DNA from: an uncultured Planctomycetales bacterium
Lineage (GTDB): Bacteria > Planctomycetota > Phycisphaerae > UBA1845 > CAIVHJ01
Assembly (NCBI GenBank): GCA_964619935.1
Contig: CAZUGO010000030.1
Coordinates: forward strand, 80,990-144,989
DNA length: 64,000 bases
Reading direction: 5' to 3'
In this document: positions 18,618 through 27,703 of the stretch, piece by piece
How positions within the stretch are numbered: position 1 is the stretch's first letter
How the letters are laid out: each line of letters opens with the position of its first letter
Notes under the pieces: model-generated
What the model was told of the DNA's origin: nothing
Seen by the model: the letters and a program-made list of their open reading frames with translations, nothing else
Database searches by the model: none
Position numbers and translations under genes: made by a program

Positions 18618-19775
18618 CTAGTTGGCTGCCGGGTCCGGTCCGTTCAAGATCATCTGGGCCAGGCGGCGGCCGTCACCGACTTCGATGTCATCGGGCACAT
18701 CCTGGCCGGTGGTGATGTACGACAATTTCGCATCGAGCTTCTGCATGACCGACAGCAAGGTCCCGACACCGACCGCTTCGTCCAACTTGGTGAAGATGAC
18801 CCGATTCGTGCCGACCGCCGCGAACTTGTCGATGGTCCTGGACATCACCGCCCGGCTGCAGCTCGCCGAGAGCACCAGATGGGTCTCGTGGGGACCGGCG
18901 GCCTTGAGAAACTGCTGCAGGTCGTCCAGCTTGGGCGCGTCGAACTGGCTGCGACCGGCGGTGTCGATGAACACCACATCACAGGCGCTCAGCCGCTCCA
19001 GGGCCTGCCGCAGCTCGGGCGGGGTCAAGACCACCTCCAGCGGGACCTGGATGATCCGGGCATAGGTCCGGAGTTGATCGACGGCCGCGATGCGATAGGT
19101 GTCGATCGTGATCAAGCCGACCTTCCTGCGCTCGCGCAGCCGGAAGTGGGCAGCCAACTTGGCCACCGTGGTGGTCTTGCCGACGCCGGTCGGACCGACC
19201 AGCGCCACCACCCGACAGCCGGCACCGGCGGTGACCTGCACCGGGCAGGCGGGCGCCACCAGCCGGGCGATCTGCTGGGTGAGCAACTCCCGGACGGTGT
19301 CTGCTTCCAGGGCCTGAGGCTCCTTCCTGCAGGAGGTCAGTTGCTGGATCAGCTCGCCGGCCAGTTCCTCGGCCACCTCGTTCTGGATCAGGGTGATGTA
19401 GGACTGGCGCAACTCGGCCGGCAGGCCCTGGAGCTGCTCGCGACGGCTGTGGCGAATCAGATCGTGGACCAGCGACTTGATGTCCTGCAATTCGCGACGG
19501 ACGGCGTCGGTGACCGGCGGCGGCGGTGGCGCAACGGAAGCGGTCATGGCAACTCCTTTGGCGAGGCCGGCCGGGGCGGCGTTCCCGGCGGCCGGCGGCG
19601 ACGACTTGGGATCCCGACCGGCGGTAATTTCAACGATGGTCTGCGAACCCACGCCCATGAATCCACCGTGTTTGAGGGTGCGGGTGTTCATGATCACGGC
19701 GCTGCGCCCGAGGTCGCGTTTGACCTTGGACAAGGCGGCGGCCATGGACTCGGCCCGATACGTTTTAAGCATCAT
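18618..19775 (-). CDS. flhF: SRP-type flagellar GTPase
   Basis: G motifs GPTGVGKTTTVAKLAA, IDTAGRS and TKLDE. Overlaps the flhA stop by 11 nt. Confidence 0.85.
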   Translation of the reverse strand: MMLKTYRAESMAAALSKVKRDLGRSAVIMNTRTLKHGGFMGVGSQTIVEITAGRDPKSSPPAAGNAAPAGLAKGVAMTASVAPPPPPVTDAVRRELQDIKSLVHDLIRHSRREQLQGLPAELRQSYITLIQNEVAEELAGELIQQLTSCRKEPQALEADTVRELLTQQIARLVAPACPVQVTAGAGCRVVALVGPTGVGKTTTVAKLAAHFRLRERRKVGLITIDTYRIAAVDQLRTYARIIQVPLEVVLTPPELRQALERLSACDVVFIDTAGRSQFDAPKLDDLQQFLKAAGPHETHLVLSASCSRAVMSRTIDKFAAVGTNRVIFTKLDEAVGVGTLLSVMQKLDAKLSYITTGQDVPDDIEVGDGRRLAQMILNGPDPAAN

Positions 19776-21873
19776 CGTTCAGTACCACCATTCCTCGCGA
19801 CTCGATTTGAATGCCTCGAACGATTTCATTGAACGCCAGCACCGGCACTTGCGGCAGGGCGTTTTCGATCAGCCGCCGCATCCAGGCCCGGATCTGCGGT
19901 GAACACAGGATCGCCGGAGTCTGGCCCTGGGCCGAGCGGCCGGCCTTCTCGACCTCGCGACGGGCCGCCTCGACGATGCGGTTCTGGGTTTCGGGTGACA
20001 AGGTCAGGAAGGTGCCCCGCTCACTGCGCTCCAGATGGCTGTGGATCAGGTCTTCCAACCGCGGATCCAGGGTCACGCACATGATGCGATTGTTGGCACT
20101 GCGATAGAGCTGACAGATCTGGCGGCCCAGGGCATGGCGGGCGTATTCGGTCAGGACCTCGGGGTCCTTGGTGCGCGCCGCCCAATCGCCCAACGTTTCC
20201 AGAATGACCTCCAGGTCACGGATGGGCACGCGCTCGCGGAGCAGGGTCTGCAGGACCTTCTGGACCTCGCCGATCTTGAGCACCGTGGGAATGACCTCCT
20301 CGATGAGCTTCGGGGAGCGCTCCCGCAGGTTGTCGATCAGCCGGCCGACGGCTTCCCGGGTCAACAGCTCGTCGGCGTGCTGCTTGATGACCTCGGTGAG
20401 GTGGGTGGCCAGCACGCTGGAGGCTTCGACCACGGTGTAGTTGCGGTGCTCGGCCAACGGTTTCTGATCGGCGGTGATCCACAGCGCCGGCAGCCCGAAG
20501 GCCGGTTCACGGGTATCCATGCCGCTGATCTTCTCGGCGACCAGCCCGGAGTCGATGGCCAGCAGGTGGCCCGGCAGGGTCTCGCCGCTGGCGATCCGCA
20601 CGCCGCGCAGCTTGATGTCGTACTGGTTGGGCTCCAGTTGAATGTTGTCTCGAATCCGGATCGGCGGCACCACGATGCCCAACTCACCGGCCTGCTGCTT
20701 GCGGATGTTGCTGATGCGATCCAGTAGATCACCGCCCTGCTTGCGGTCGACCAGCTTGATCAGCCCGTAGCCGACCTCCAACTCCATGGGGTCGATGTTC
20801 AGCAGGGTCTCGACCTTCTCGGGCGGTCTGGGCTCGGCGCGGGTCTGCGCCTTGCGGGCCTGCTCGCGGCGGACCCGACCCTGCCGCAAGAAGAAGGCCA
20901 TTCCGCCGAGGCCGACGGCCATCACACCCAGCGGGATGGTGGGCAACGGCGTGAGCATCAGCGAGCCCAGAAACAGCGCCGTGAGCCCCAGGGCCACCGG
21001 CCGGGCCAAGACCTGGGTCAGCAACTCCTCACCGAAGTTGGTCGTGGAAACGCTGCGGCTGACGATCATGGCCGCGGACAGCGAGATGATGAACGCCGGG
21101 ATCTGCGACACCAGGCCGTCGCCGATGGTCAAGGTAGTGAAGATCTCCAGGGTCTCGCTGAGGCCATACGGCGGTTCCAACTCCACCATTCCGACGTACA
21201 ATCCGCCCATGATGTTGATCAGGGTGATGATCACGCCGGCGACGGCGTCGCCGCGCACGAACTTGCTGGCACCATCCATGGCCCCATAGAAATCTGCTTC
21301 GCGGGTGATCTCGCGACGGCGGTGCTTGGCTTCCTCCTCGGTGATGGTCCCGGCGTTGAGATCGGCGTCGATGGCCATCTGCTTGCCGGGCATGCCGTCC
21401 AGGGTGAAACGGGCGGCGACCTCGGCGATGCGCGTGGCACCCTTGGTGATGACCACGAACTGGATGACCACAATAATCACAAAGATGATGGCCCCGATGG
21501 CCAGTGAACCGCTGGCCACGAAACCGCCGAACGCCTGGATGACCTGGCCGGCGGCGCCGGTACCCTCCTGGGCGTTGGTCAGAATCAGGCGGGTGGTGGC
21601 CGTGTTCAGCACCAGGCGGAACAAGGCCGTACCCAGCAGCAGCGACGGAAACACGGACATCTCCAGCGGGCTGGCGACATACATCACGGTCAGCAGGATC
21701 AGGGCCGACCCGGCGATGTTGGACACCAACAGCACATCCATCAGCGCGGTGGGCAGTGGCACCAGCACCACGAAGATCAGGCTCAACGCCCCCATCGGCA
21801 GCAGCAGGTTGCGGTGCCGTTGGACGAATTCGAGCAGGGGCAATGGCAATGTCAGCGCCGGGTTGCCGGCCAT
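19765..21873 (-). CDS. flhA: Flagellar type III export gate protein FlhA
   Basis: 702 aa. N-terminal polytopic membrane domain with GASKFVRGDAVAGVIITLINI, plus a large cytoplasmic C-terminal domain. Confidence 0.95.
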   Translation of the reverse strand: MAGNPALTLPLPLLEFVQRHRNLLLPMGALSLIFVVLVPLPTALMDVLLVSNIAGSALILLTVMYVASPLEMSVFPSLLLGTALFRLVLNTATTRLILTNAQEGTGAAGQVIQAFGGFVASGSLAIGAIIFVIIVVIQFVVITKGATRIAEVAARFTLDGMPGKQMAIDADLNAGTITEEEAKHRRREITREADFYGAMDGASKFVRGDAVAGVIITLINIMGGLYVGMVELEPPYGLSETLEIFTTLTIGDGLVSQIPAFIISLSAAMIVSRSVSTTNFGEELLTQVLARPVALGLTALFLGSLMLTPLPTIPLGVMAVGLGGMAFFLRQGRVRREQARKAQTRAEPRPPEKVETLLNIDPMELEVGYGLIKLVDRKQGGDLLDRISNIRKQQAGELGIVVPPIRIRDNIQLEPNQYDIKLRGVRIASGETLPGHLLAIDSGLVAEKISGMDTREPAFGLPALWITADQKPLAEHRNYTVVEASSVLATHLTEVIKQHADELLTREAVGRLIDNLRERSPKLIEEVIPTVLKIGEVQKVLQTLLRERVPIRDLEVILETLGDWAARTKDPEVLTEYARHALGRQICQLYRSANNRIMCVTLDPRLEDLIHSHLERSERGTFLTLSPETQNRIVEAARREVEKAGRSAQGQTPAILCSPQIRAWMRRLIENALPQVPVLAFNEIVRGIQIESRGMVVLNDDA

Positions 21874-21882
21874 CGACCACTC

Positions 21883-22962
21883 CTATGGCGTTGGGACCGC
21901 GGCGGATCGCTGCCCGGACAACTGGTAGATATAGGCCAGCACTTCGGCGACGGCCTGGTACAGATGGGGCGGAATCTCGCCGCCGACCTCCACCAACTTG
22001 AACAGGGCCCGGGCCAGCGGCTGGCGCTCGACCACGGGGATGCCGGCCGCCAGTGCAACTTCGCGGATTCGCTGGGCGACGTAGCCTTCGCCCTTGGCGA
22101 CCACCCGCGGGGCGGACATGGTTGCGGCGTCGTACTTCAAGGCCACAGCGACGTGCGTGGGGTTGGTGACCACGACATCGGCCTTGGGCACGTCGCGGCG
22201 GAGGCGTTGCAGGGCCAACTGCATCTGCACCTCGCGGCGGCGCCGCTTCATCAGCGGATCTCCTTCCATGCGGCGCATCTCCTCTTTGACCTCGTGTTTG
22301 GACATCCGCAGGCTGCGCTCGTGCTTGAAGCGCTGGTAGAACCAGTCGATGATGCCCAGCAGCAGCAGCACCACGCCGACCCGCAGCCCCAGGCTGAACA
22401 GCAGCCCGATGGCCATTTGCACCATCTCGCTGAAATGCATCCCGGCGGCGAACAGGATGCGGTCCAATTGATCCAGCGCTGCGTAGTACACCACGCCCCC
22501 GACCACGGTGAGCTTGGCCAGGTTGATCAGCAGGCTTATCAGTGACTGCATCGAGAACAGTTTCTTCAATCCGGAAATGGGGTTCAGGCGGTCCAGGCTC
22601 CAGCGCAGCGGCTCGGTGGTGAACAACAGCCCGGTCTGCAACACGCTGACCACCACGGCAATCGCGAAGAAGGTCAAGAGCATCGGTACCATCAACGAGA
22701 ACAGCTCTTCTGCCGACTGTCGCCCGAGCGCGACCATTTCGGTCGGGGTCCACGCCGGCGAATCGCCGCAACCCAGCAGAAACTGGGTCAGGCGACCCAA
22801 GCGCGTCAACAGGCCACCGCCGAACCCCTCCAGAATGAGCAGCCCGGCGAGCAACAGCACGGCCGCCGAGAGGTCCTGGCTCTTGGCGATCTGCCCGCGC
22901 GACCGGGCCTCCTGGCGGCGGCGGGCGGTGGGCTGTTCGGTCTTGTCGCCTTCGTCAGGCAT
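21883..22962 (-). CDS. flhB: Flagellar export switch protein FlhB
   Basis: N-terminus MPDEGDKTEQPTARRRQEARSRGQIAKS. Autocleavage site NPTHVAVALKYD. Confidence 0.95.
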   Translation of the reverse strand: MPDEGDKTEQPTARRRQEARSRGQIAKSQDLSAAVLLLAGLLILEGFGGGLLTRLGRLTQFLLGCGDSPAWTPTEMVALGRQSAEELFSLMVPMLLTFFAIAVVVSVLQTGLLFTTEPLRWSLDRLNPISGLKKLFSMQSLISLLINLAKLTVVGGVVYYAALDQLDRILFAAGMHFSEMVQMAIGLLFSLGLRVGVVLLLLGIIDWFYQRFKHERSLRMSKHEVKEEMRRMEGDPLMKRRRREVQMQLALQRLRRDVPKADVVVTNPTHVAVALKYDAATMSAPRVVAKGEGYVAQRIREVALAAGIPVVERQPLARALFKLVEVGGEIPPHLYQAVAEVLAYIYQLSGQRSAAVPTP

Positions 22963-22983
22963 GGTCGCGTTGCTCGACGATGA

Positions 22984-23763
22984 TTACGGTTCTGACAACA
23001 CCCGGTGCAGTCCGGCGATGGTGTCCCAGATTTCGGGAAACAGCAGGTCGTTGAGATTAGTGACCTCGAAGCCACTCAAGAACATGCCGATGCACACGAA
23101 GATCGCAAACCCGACCGACAGGATGTGCAGTTGCGGCATGGTTCGTGACAGGAATCCCAGACCGGCCTTGGCCAGCAGCAAGGCGATGATCATTGGCCCG
23201 GCCAGCCGCAGGGTCAATTGCAGCGCCACCACCATGATCTCGACCATCAGATCCAACACGGCATGATTCATGCCAAAGGTCATCACTGGAATGGTGGCGA
23301 AGCTGTCCATCAGCACCTGCAAGATCGCCCGATGGCCGCCGACCACCAGGAATACGGTGGTGGCCGTAAAGAAATAGATCTGGCCGATGACCGAGGAACT
23401 CGTCTCGGTGCTGGGATCAAAGGCACTGGCCAGGGCCAGCCCGGCCTGCTGGCCGACGATCATGCCGGACATCTGGGTGGCCAACAGCACGGCGCTCATG
23501 GACACCCCGATCAGCAGCCCGATCAGCAACTCGCCACCGATGCCGTTCACGGCTGCCGACAACGACAGGCTCGGCGGCAACGTTGGCATGACCATGGGGT
23601 AGAGCATGGTCGACAACACCAGCACGAGGGCGGCCTTGAGCTGGGCCGGAATGGCCGTGCTGCCGTACAACGGGGCGGTGATCATGAGCCCGGACATCCG
23701 GCCCAACACCAGAAAGAAGCTCGGCAGCACCCCGCTCAACTCAATCCACGATGACGGCAACAT
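22984..23763 (-). CDS. fliR: Flagellar export apparatus protein FliR
   Basis: ORF 22984..23886 trimmed to ATG 23763 (MLPSSWIEL...). Polytopic membrane protein lying between fliQ and flhB. Confidence 0.85.
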   Translation of the reverse strand: MLPSSWIELSGVLPSFFLVLGRMSGLMITAPLYGSTAIPAQLKAALVLVLSTMLYPMVMPTLPPSLSLSAAVNGIGGELLIGLLIGVSMSAVLLATQMSGMIVGQQAGLALASAFDPSTETSSSVIGQIYFFTATTVFLVVGGHRAILQVLMDSFATIPVMTFGMNHAVLDLMVEIMVVALQLTLRLAGPMIIALLLAKAGLGFLSRTMPQLHILSVGFAIFVCIGMFLSGFEVTNLNDLLFPEIWDTIAGLHRVLSEP

Positions 23764-23776
23764 GCGGCCGGCTTCC

Positions 23777-24037
23777 TTACCAAGGTGAATTCCCGAACAT
23801 GTCGACGGCGTACTCCAACATCCGGGTGGCAATCCACGGAATGAACAGGACCGCCGCGGCGACCATGGCCATGATCTTCGGTACAAAGGTCAGGGTTTGT
23901 TCGTGCAGTTGGGTCACGGCCTGGACCAGGGCGATGACCAAGCCGACCAGCAGCCCGATCAGCAGAATCGGGGCGGCGACGATGAACGCCAGCATGAAGG
24001 CCTCGCGGCCCAGGTCCAGGGCGTGCTCCAGGGTCAT
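23777..24037 (-). CDS. fliQ: Flagellar export apparatus protein FliQ
   Basis: 86 aa with two TM helices. AAPILLIGLLVGLVIALVQAVTQLHEQTLTFVPK is typical of FliQ. Confidence 0.9.
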   Translation of the reverse strand: MTLEHALDLGREAFMLAFIVAAPILLIGLLVGLVIALVQAVTQLHEQTLTFVPKIMAMVAAAVLFIPWIATRMLEYAVDMFGNSPW

Positions 24038-24059
24038 GGGTTGGACTCCGCGGCCAGAT

Positions 24060-24860
24060 TCATGCGAAGCTCTCCAACAGCGTGCCGATGACCAGGTGCC
24101 AGCCGTCGGCCAGCACGAACAGCAGCAGTTTAAACGGCAGGGAGATCAAGACCGGGGGCAGCATCATCATGCCCATCGAGATCAGGATCGAGGCAATGAC
24201 CATGTCGATGACCAAAAACGGCAGGTAGACCCGAAACCCCATGATGAAGGCGGTCTTTAGCTCGCTGAGCAGGAACGCCGGAATCAAGACCCGGGTGGGG
24301 ATGTCGTCGACCTCGACCACATCGTTCGGCTCGACCGGCGCGCCCCGGTCGTATTCCAGAAACAGGTAGATCTCCTCTTCGTTCTGGGTGTGCTCGATCT
24401 GGCGAATCATGAAGTCGCGCAGGTGGGCCAGGCCGGCGTCCAGGGCCTGCTGCTGGGTCAGCTGGCTGCTGAGGTACGGATCCACGGCGTCCTTCTTGAT
24501 GCCGGCCCAGGTCGGGGCCATCACCAGCATGGTCACGAACAGCGACAGGCCCATCAGGATTTGCCCGGGCGGTAACTGCGGCACGCCCAGGGCCTGGCGC
24601 ATCAAGGCCAGTACAATCAGCACTCTCGAAAAGCTGGTGGTCAGGATGACGATCGACGGCACCAGGGTCAGCACCGTCATGATCACGAAGATCTGCATGG
24701 TGGCGCTGATGCCCTCGCCGTCGGTGGCCGCGGGCAGCAGCGCGCCGGCATCGGGTATCTGGAAGGGATTGTCGATCGGGATCTTGGTGCCGTCCCCGGC
24801 GGCGGCGGGTCGGGGCAGCGCCACCGCGCCGAGAATCACAATCACAGCCGGCCATCGCAT
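24060..24860 (-). CDS. fliP: Flagellar export apparatus protein FliP
   Basis: Signal-like N-terminus. Conserved FLLSELKTAFIMGFRVYLPFLVIDMVIASILISMGMMMLPP. Confidence 0.95.
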   Translation of the reverse strand: MRWPAVIVILGAVALPRPAAAGDGTKIPIDNPFQIPDAGALLPAATDGEGISATMQIFVIMTVLTLVPSIVILTTSFSRVLIVLALMRQALGVPQLPPGQILMGLSLFVTMLVMAPTWAGIKKDAVDPYLSSQLTQQQALDAGLAHLRDFMIRQIEHTQNEEEIYLFLEYDRGAPVEPNDVVEVDDIPTRVLIPAFLLSELKTAFIMGFRVYLPFLVIDMVIASILISMGMMMLPPVLISLPFKLLLFVLADGWHLVIGTLLESFA

Positions 24861-24878
24861 GTTGAGCCTCCATGCTCC

Positions 24879-24904
24879 AAAACGCCGCGCCAGTCCTTGG
24901 CGCG
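24879..24904 (-). terminator. Weak terminator-like or attenuator-like hairpin between fliO and fliP
   Basis: The minus strand reads CGCGCCA-aggac-TGGCGCG, then gcg, then TTTT. It is followed by GGAGcatGGAGG and the fliP ATG. A 3-nt gap before the T-run makes it atypical. Confidence 0.25.
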
Positions 24905-24918
24905 CTCAGACGGGTGTT

Positions 24919-24954
24919 CGTTGACTCAGGCGCTGCGGGCCTGCTGAGTCAACG
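24919..24954 (-). other. Perfect 11-bp inverted repeat spanning the fliO stop codon
   Basis: CGTTGACTCAG-N14-CTGAGTCAACG. The fliO TGA lies inside the 3' arm of the minus-strand hairpin (plus-strand left arm, 24926-24928). Confidence 0.3.
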
Positions 24955-25801
24955 ACTTCATCCGGGTGCACAACTCCTGCAGACTTCTGCGGGTCTGGCG
25001 GACGCTGCCCAGATCGGCCTCGCCCACATGAGCCTCCAGACCCGCCGCCGGGTAGACTCGCGACTCGCCGCCCAGCAGATCCTCGAAACGGCGGTTGGCG
25101 AGCCGCGCCGGTTCAGCGTCGGCAATCAGGCGGTCGACCTCCTGCGGGTCCTGAATCGTGGCCAAGGCGTCGATGTGTTCGGCGGTGATGCCGACCAACA
25201 TCAGGGTCCGCCCCACCCGGATCAAGGCCACACTTTGCTTGGACGACAGAAAAGTGCGATTCAGCACTCGGATCAGCGAATGCCTGCCGCTCCGTCCGCG
25301 GCCCGCCCACTGGCGCAAGCCCCAGGCACCACCCCCGATCAGGGCGATCACGATGGCGAGCGGAGCCAGGCTGGTCATCCACTGCCGGATGTCGGGCGCC
25401 CCGCCGATCCCCGGCGCTGCGGACCCGGCCGCCGGCTCCCGGGCCTCCAGCAGGCGCAGCCGCGCCTCGGGCGCGGTTTCGGAGGGGGTCGCGGCCGCCG
25501 CTGCGGGTTCCGGCTGCGGCGTCATTTCGGGTTCGGTCACCGCCGCCGCTTCCGACTGGGTCTCGGGGGCCACCTCGGGCTTGGCCGCGACCGCGGGACG
25601 CGGGGCCATGGGCACCGCTTCATTCGCGCCCCGTGGGTCCAGCGCGGACGAAGCGCCCTCCGGCTGGGGCGGTGCCGCGGTGCGGGCCACCGTGGCCGGC
25701 GCGTTGGCATCCATCTGGGGGACCGTGCCCCGGACCCCGTCACGCGGCTCGGTGGCGATCCCCGCGGCGACGACCAGCAATAGAATGATTGTCGAGTCCA
25801 T
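24926..25801 (-). CDS. fliO: FliO-like flagellar biosynthesis protein with a long Pro/Ala/Glu-rich N-terminal extension
   Basis: Positioned between fliN and fliP. The C-terminal part has a TM (LAPLAIVIALIGGGAWGL) followed by VLNRTFLSSKQSVALIRVGRTLMLVGITAEHIDALATI, resembling the FliO fold pattern. 291 aa is long for FliO. Confidence 0.6.
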   Translation of the reverse strand: MDSTIILLLVVAAGIATEPRDGVRGTVPQMDANAPATVARTAAPPQPEGASSALDPRGANEAVPMAPRPAVAAKPEVAPETQSEAAAVTEPEMTPQPEPAAAAATPSETAPEARLRLLEAREPAAGSAAPGIGGAPDIRQWMTSLAPLAIVIALIGGGAWGLRQWAGRGRSGRHSLIRVLNRTFLSSKQSVALIRVGRTLMLVGITAEHIDALATIQDPQEVDRLIADAEPARLANRRFEDLLGGESRVYPAAGLEAHVGEADLGSVRQTRRSLQELCTRMKSLTQQARSA

Positions 25802-25855
25802 GGTGCGCTTCCTTCCGGTGACGGCGATCGCCGGTGCTAGGCGGCTGCCGGGCGA

Positions 25856-26314
25856 TCAGTCCTCGTCTTCAGGTCCCTTGGCCAGGTCGGAAATGATTTC
25901 GTTGACGCGGACACAGAAATTGTCATTGAGCACGAGCACTTCGCCCCGGGCCACCAGCCGCTCATTGACAAAGACGTCGACCGGGTCACCGGCGAGTTTG
26001 TCCAGTTCGACCACCGAGCCCTCGCCCAGGCGCAGGACATCCTCGACCAGCATGCGGCTGCGGCCCAACTCGATCTTGACGTGCAGGCCGACATCCTTGA
26101 GCAGTTGAATGGATTGCTTGGAGGCGGCAATCGCCGCGGCAGCGCGGTCAAATTCCGGAAGCGGCATGGGCTGCGGATCCGCCGGTGTGCGGCGGGCGGA
26201 CGCCGCCGATTGCTTGGCGTTCGCCACGGTGCTTTGCTCGGCGTGGTCGGCCGATTCGGCGGCGGGATCCAGCGCGTCGTTGGGCAGATCTTCAGACATC
26301 GAGTGGGCACCCAT
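25856..26314 (-). CDS. fliN: Flagellar motor switch protein FliN (SpoA domain)
   Basis: C-terminal IELGRSRMLVEDVLRLGEGSVVELDKLAGDPVDVFVNERLVARGEVLVLNDNFCVRVNEI. The start is either ATG 26314 or ATG 26299. Confidence 0.85.
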   Translation of the reverse strand: MGAHSMSEDLPNDALDPAAESADHAEQSTVANAKQSAASARRTPADPQPMPLPEFDRAAAAIAASKQSIQLLKDVGLHVKIELGRSRMLVEDVLRLGEGSVVELDKLAGDPVDVFVNERLVARGEVLVLNDNFCVRVNEIISDLAKGPEDED

Positions 26315-26351
26315 CCATGGCTACTGCGGCGTCCTCCATGACGATTCGACG

Positions 26352-26383
26352 GCGCCCGCTCCGGCCGGGAGCCGGCCGGGCGC
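26352..26383 (-). other. GC-rich stem-loop in the fliL-fliN gap
   Basis: GCGCCCG...CGGGCGC (7 bp) encloses CCGGC/GCCGG (5 bp). No T-run follows on either strand. Confidence 0.3.
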
Positions 26384-26399
26384 GGCGTCTGGTAACTTA

Positions 26400-26936
26400 T
26401 TAATCGGCTCGTGTGGCGCTAAACTCCGGGAAGAGTACTTCCTTTATGAGATTGGGGTCGCCGAAAACCTGGGCCAGCTCGTGCTTGAATTGCCGCCTCA
26501 GAGTCTCTAACCCAGGTTCATTCAAGAATTTAGGGTCAGCGGCGCGGACCAGCTTGCCCAGCCGGTCGTCGACCGTGTTCTGGCGGGCCTGGATCATTTC
26601 TTCGGCCTTGATCCGGGAGCGGGCCTCCACCACCACCACCACGCCCATCTGGTAAACGAATACCCGACCGTCCTGGCTGTTGAAAGCCATCAGGGTGGTC
26701 AAGGGCAATTCAGCGGACAGCTCCCCGCTGCCTTCTGCGGTCTCCGGGCTGCCGCCCTCGCCGGCGGCGGTTTGCCGGGGACCCCCGCCCATGTATCGAA
26801 CGGCGACCATCAGTCCGGCCCCTTCCACGAGCATCAGCCCGCCAACCACGGCAACGGTCAGCAGATTGCGGTGGCGGTCGCCAAAGGCCCGTGCTTCGGC
26901 GGGGGCTGGTTCCTTTTCAGTCACTGGCTTTGGCAT
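26400..26936 (-). CDS. fliL: Flagellar basal-body-associated protein FliL
   Basis: ORF 26400..27101 trimmed to ATG 26936 (MPKPV), which has AGGAAA 6 nt upstream. Single TM LLTVAVVGGLMLVEGAGLMVAV, then a FliL-like domain LTTLMAFNSQDGRVFVYQMGVVVVVE...IKEVLFPEF. ATG 26972 is an alternative start. Confidence 0.7.
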   Translation of the reverse strand: MPKPVTEKEPAPAEARAFGDRHRNLLTVAVVGGLMLVEGAGLMVAVRYMGGGPRQTAAGEGGSPETAEGSGELSAELPLTTLMAFNSQDGRVFVYQMGVVVVVEARSRIKAEEMIQARQNTVDDRLGKLVRAADPKFLNEPGLETLRRQFKHELAQVFGDPNLIKEVLFPEFSATRAD

Positions 26937-27699
26937 GCGGTTTCCTGCCTGCGCTATGGTGAATTCGCTCATCGACCGATAATGCTTCGCCGTCGTACTC
27001 ATTGACCAGGGCACTGGTGACCACGATCTCCACCCGGCGGTTCCGGGAACGGCGCTCCTCGGTGTAGGCCTGCGAGACCAGCGGCTCATGATGGGCCGCA
27101 CTGATCAGGCGCATCCGCCGCGGGTCGATGCCCAAGGCCACCAACCGGTCGCGGATGTGTTCGGCGCGGGCGATGGCCAGGGCGTCGCCGTCGGCATAAC
27201 CATGCGCTGCCGGGGTCTCGTCCACCGAGATGTGGCCCACGATCTCGATCAGGTTGGTCAGTCCGCGAATGATCTCCGCGAAATCCTCCAGGACCTGCTC
27301 GCGGCCGACCACCAGGACGTTGCGGTTGCGTTCGAACTGCAAGGCGCCCTGCAGGGCCAGCGTGGTGGTCTTGCGAACCTCGGTGACCAGCGGGCGCTTG
27401 CCCTCCACCCCGCGCTCCTGGGTTTGGCCGATGTGTTTGATCTCGTCGGGAATCTGGATGTTCATGAGGACCTTGATCAGCGAGGTCTGTGGGGGCTGTT
27501 CGGTCGGCACCCGCCCGACGCCGCCCTTGTAGCCGAAGGCGATCCGCAACGACTCCATGACCTTCTTGAAGCGGACCTCCTGCTTGAGTTCGCTCATGGA
27601 CACCAGCAGCACAAAGAAGGTCAACAACAGGCTCATCATGTCCCCGTAGGTGACCATCCACTCGGGGGCGCCTGCCGACTTCTTTTCGCGCTTCTTCAC
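26917..27699 (-). CDS. motB: Flagellar stator protein MotB (OmpA-like C-terminal domain)
   Basis: GTG start 4 nt after the motA stop. Plug/TM region WMVTYGDMMSLLLTFFVLLV with the conserved Asp. C-terminal RSRNRRVEIV. Confidence 0.85.
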   Translation of the reverse strand: MKKREKKSAGAPEWMVTYGDMMSLLLTFFVLLVSMSELKQEVRFKKVMESLRIAFGYKGGVGRVPTEQPPQTSLIKVLMNIQIPDEIKHIGQTQERGVEGKRPLVTEVRKTTTLALQGALQFERNRNVLVVGREQVLEDFAEIIRGLTNLIEIVGHISVDETPAAHGYADGDALAIARAEHIRDRLVALGIDPRRMRLISAAHHEPLVSQAYTEERRSRNRRVEIVVTSALVNEYDGEALSVDERIHHSAGRKPHAKASD

Positions 27700-27703
27700 G
27701 CGG

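Noticed and set aside
21029-22771. Very long alternative-frame or antisense ORFs, for example 21029-22771 (580 aa), 28061-29389, 36757-38247, 46437-48140, 55137-56192, 61266-62534, 4248-5531 and 5661-6554.
   Set aside because: All are Arg/Gly/Pro/Ala-rich with no recognisable motifs. Each lies opposite to, or out of frame with, a gene carrying clear family signatures (FlhA/FlhB, FlgE, FliF, AcnA, WecB, UAP1, AddA). In GC-rich DNA stop codons are rare in non-coding frames, so such ORFs are expected artefacts.
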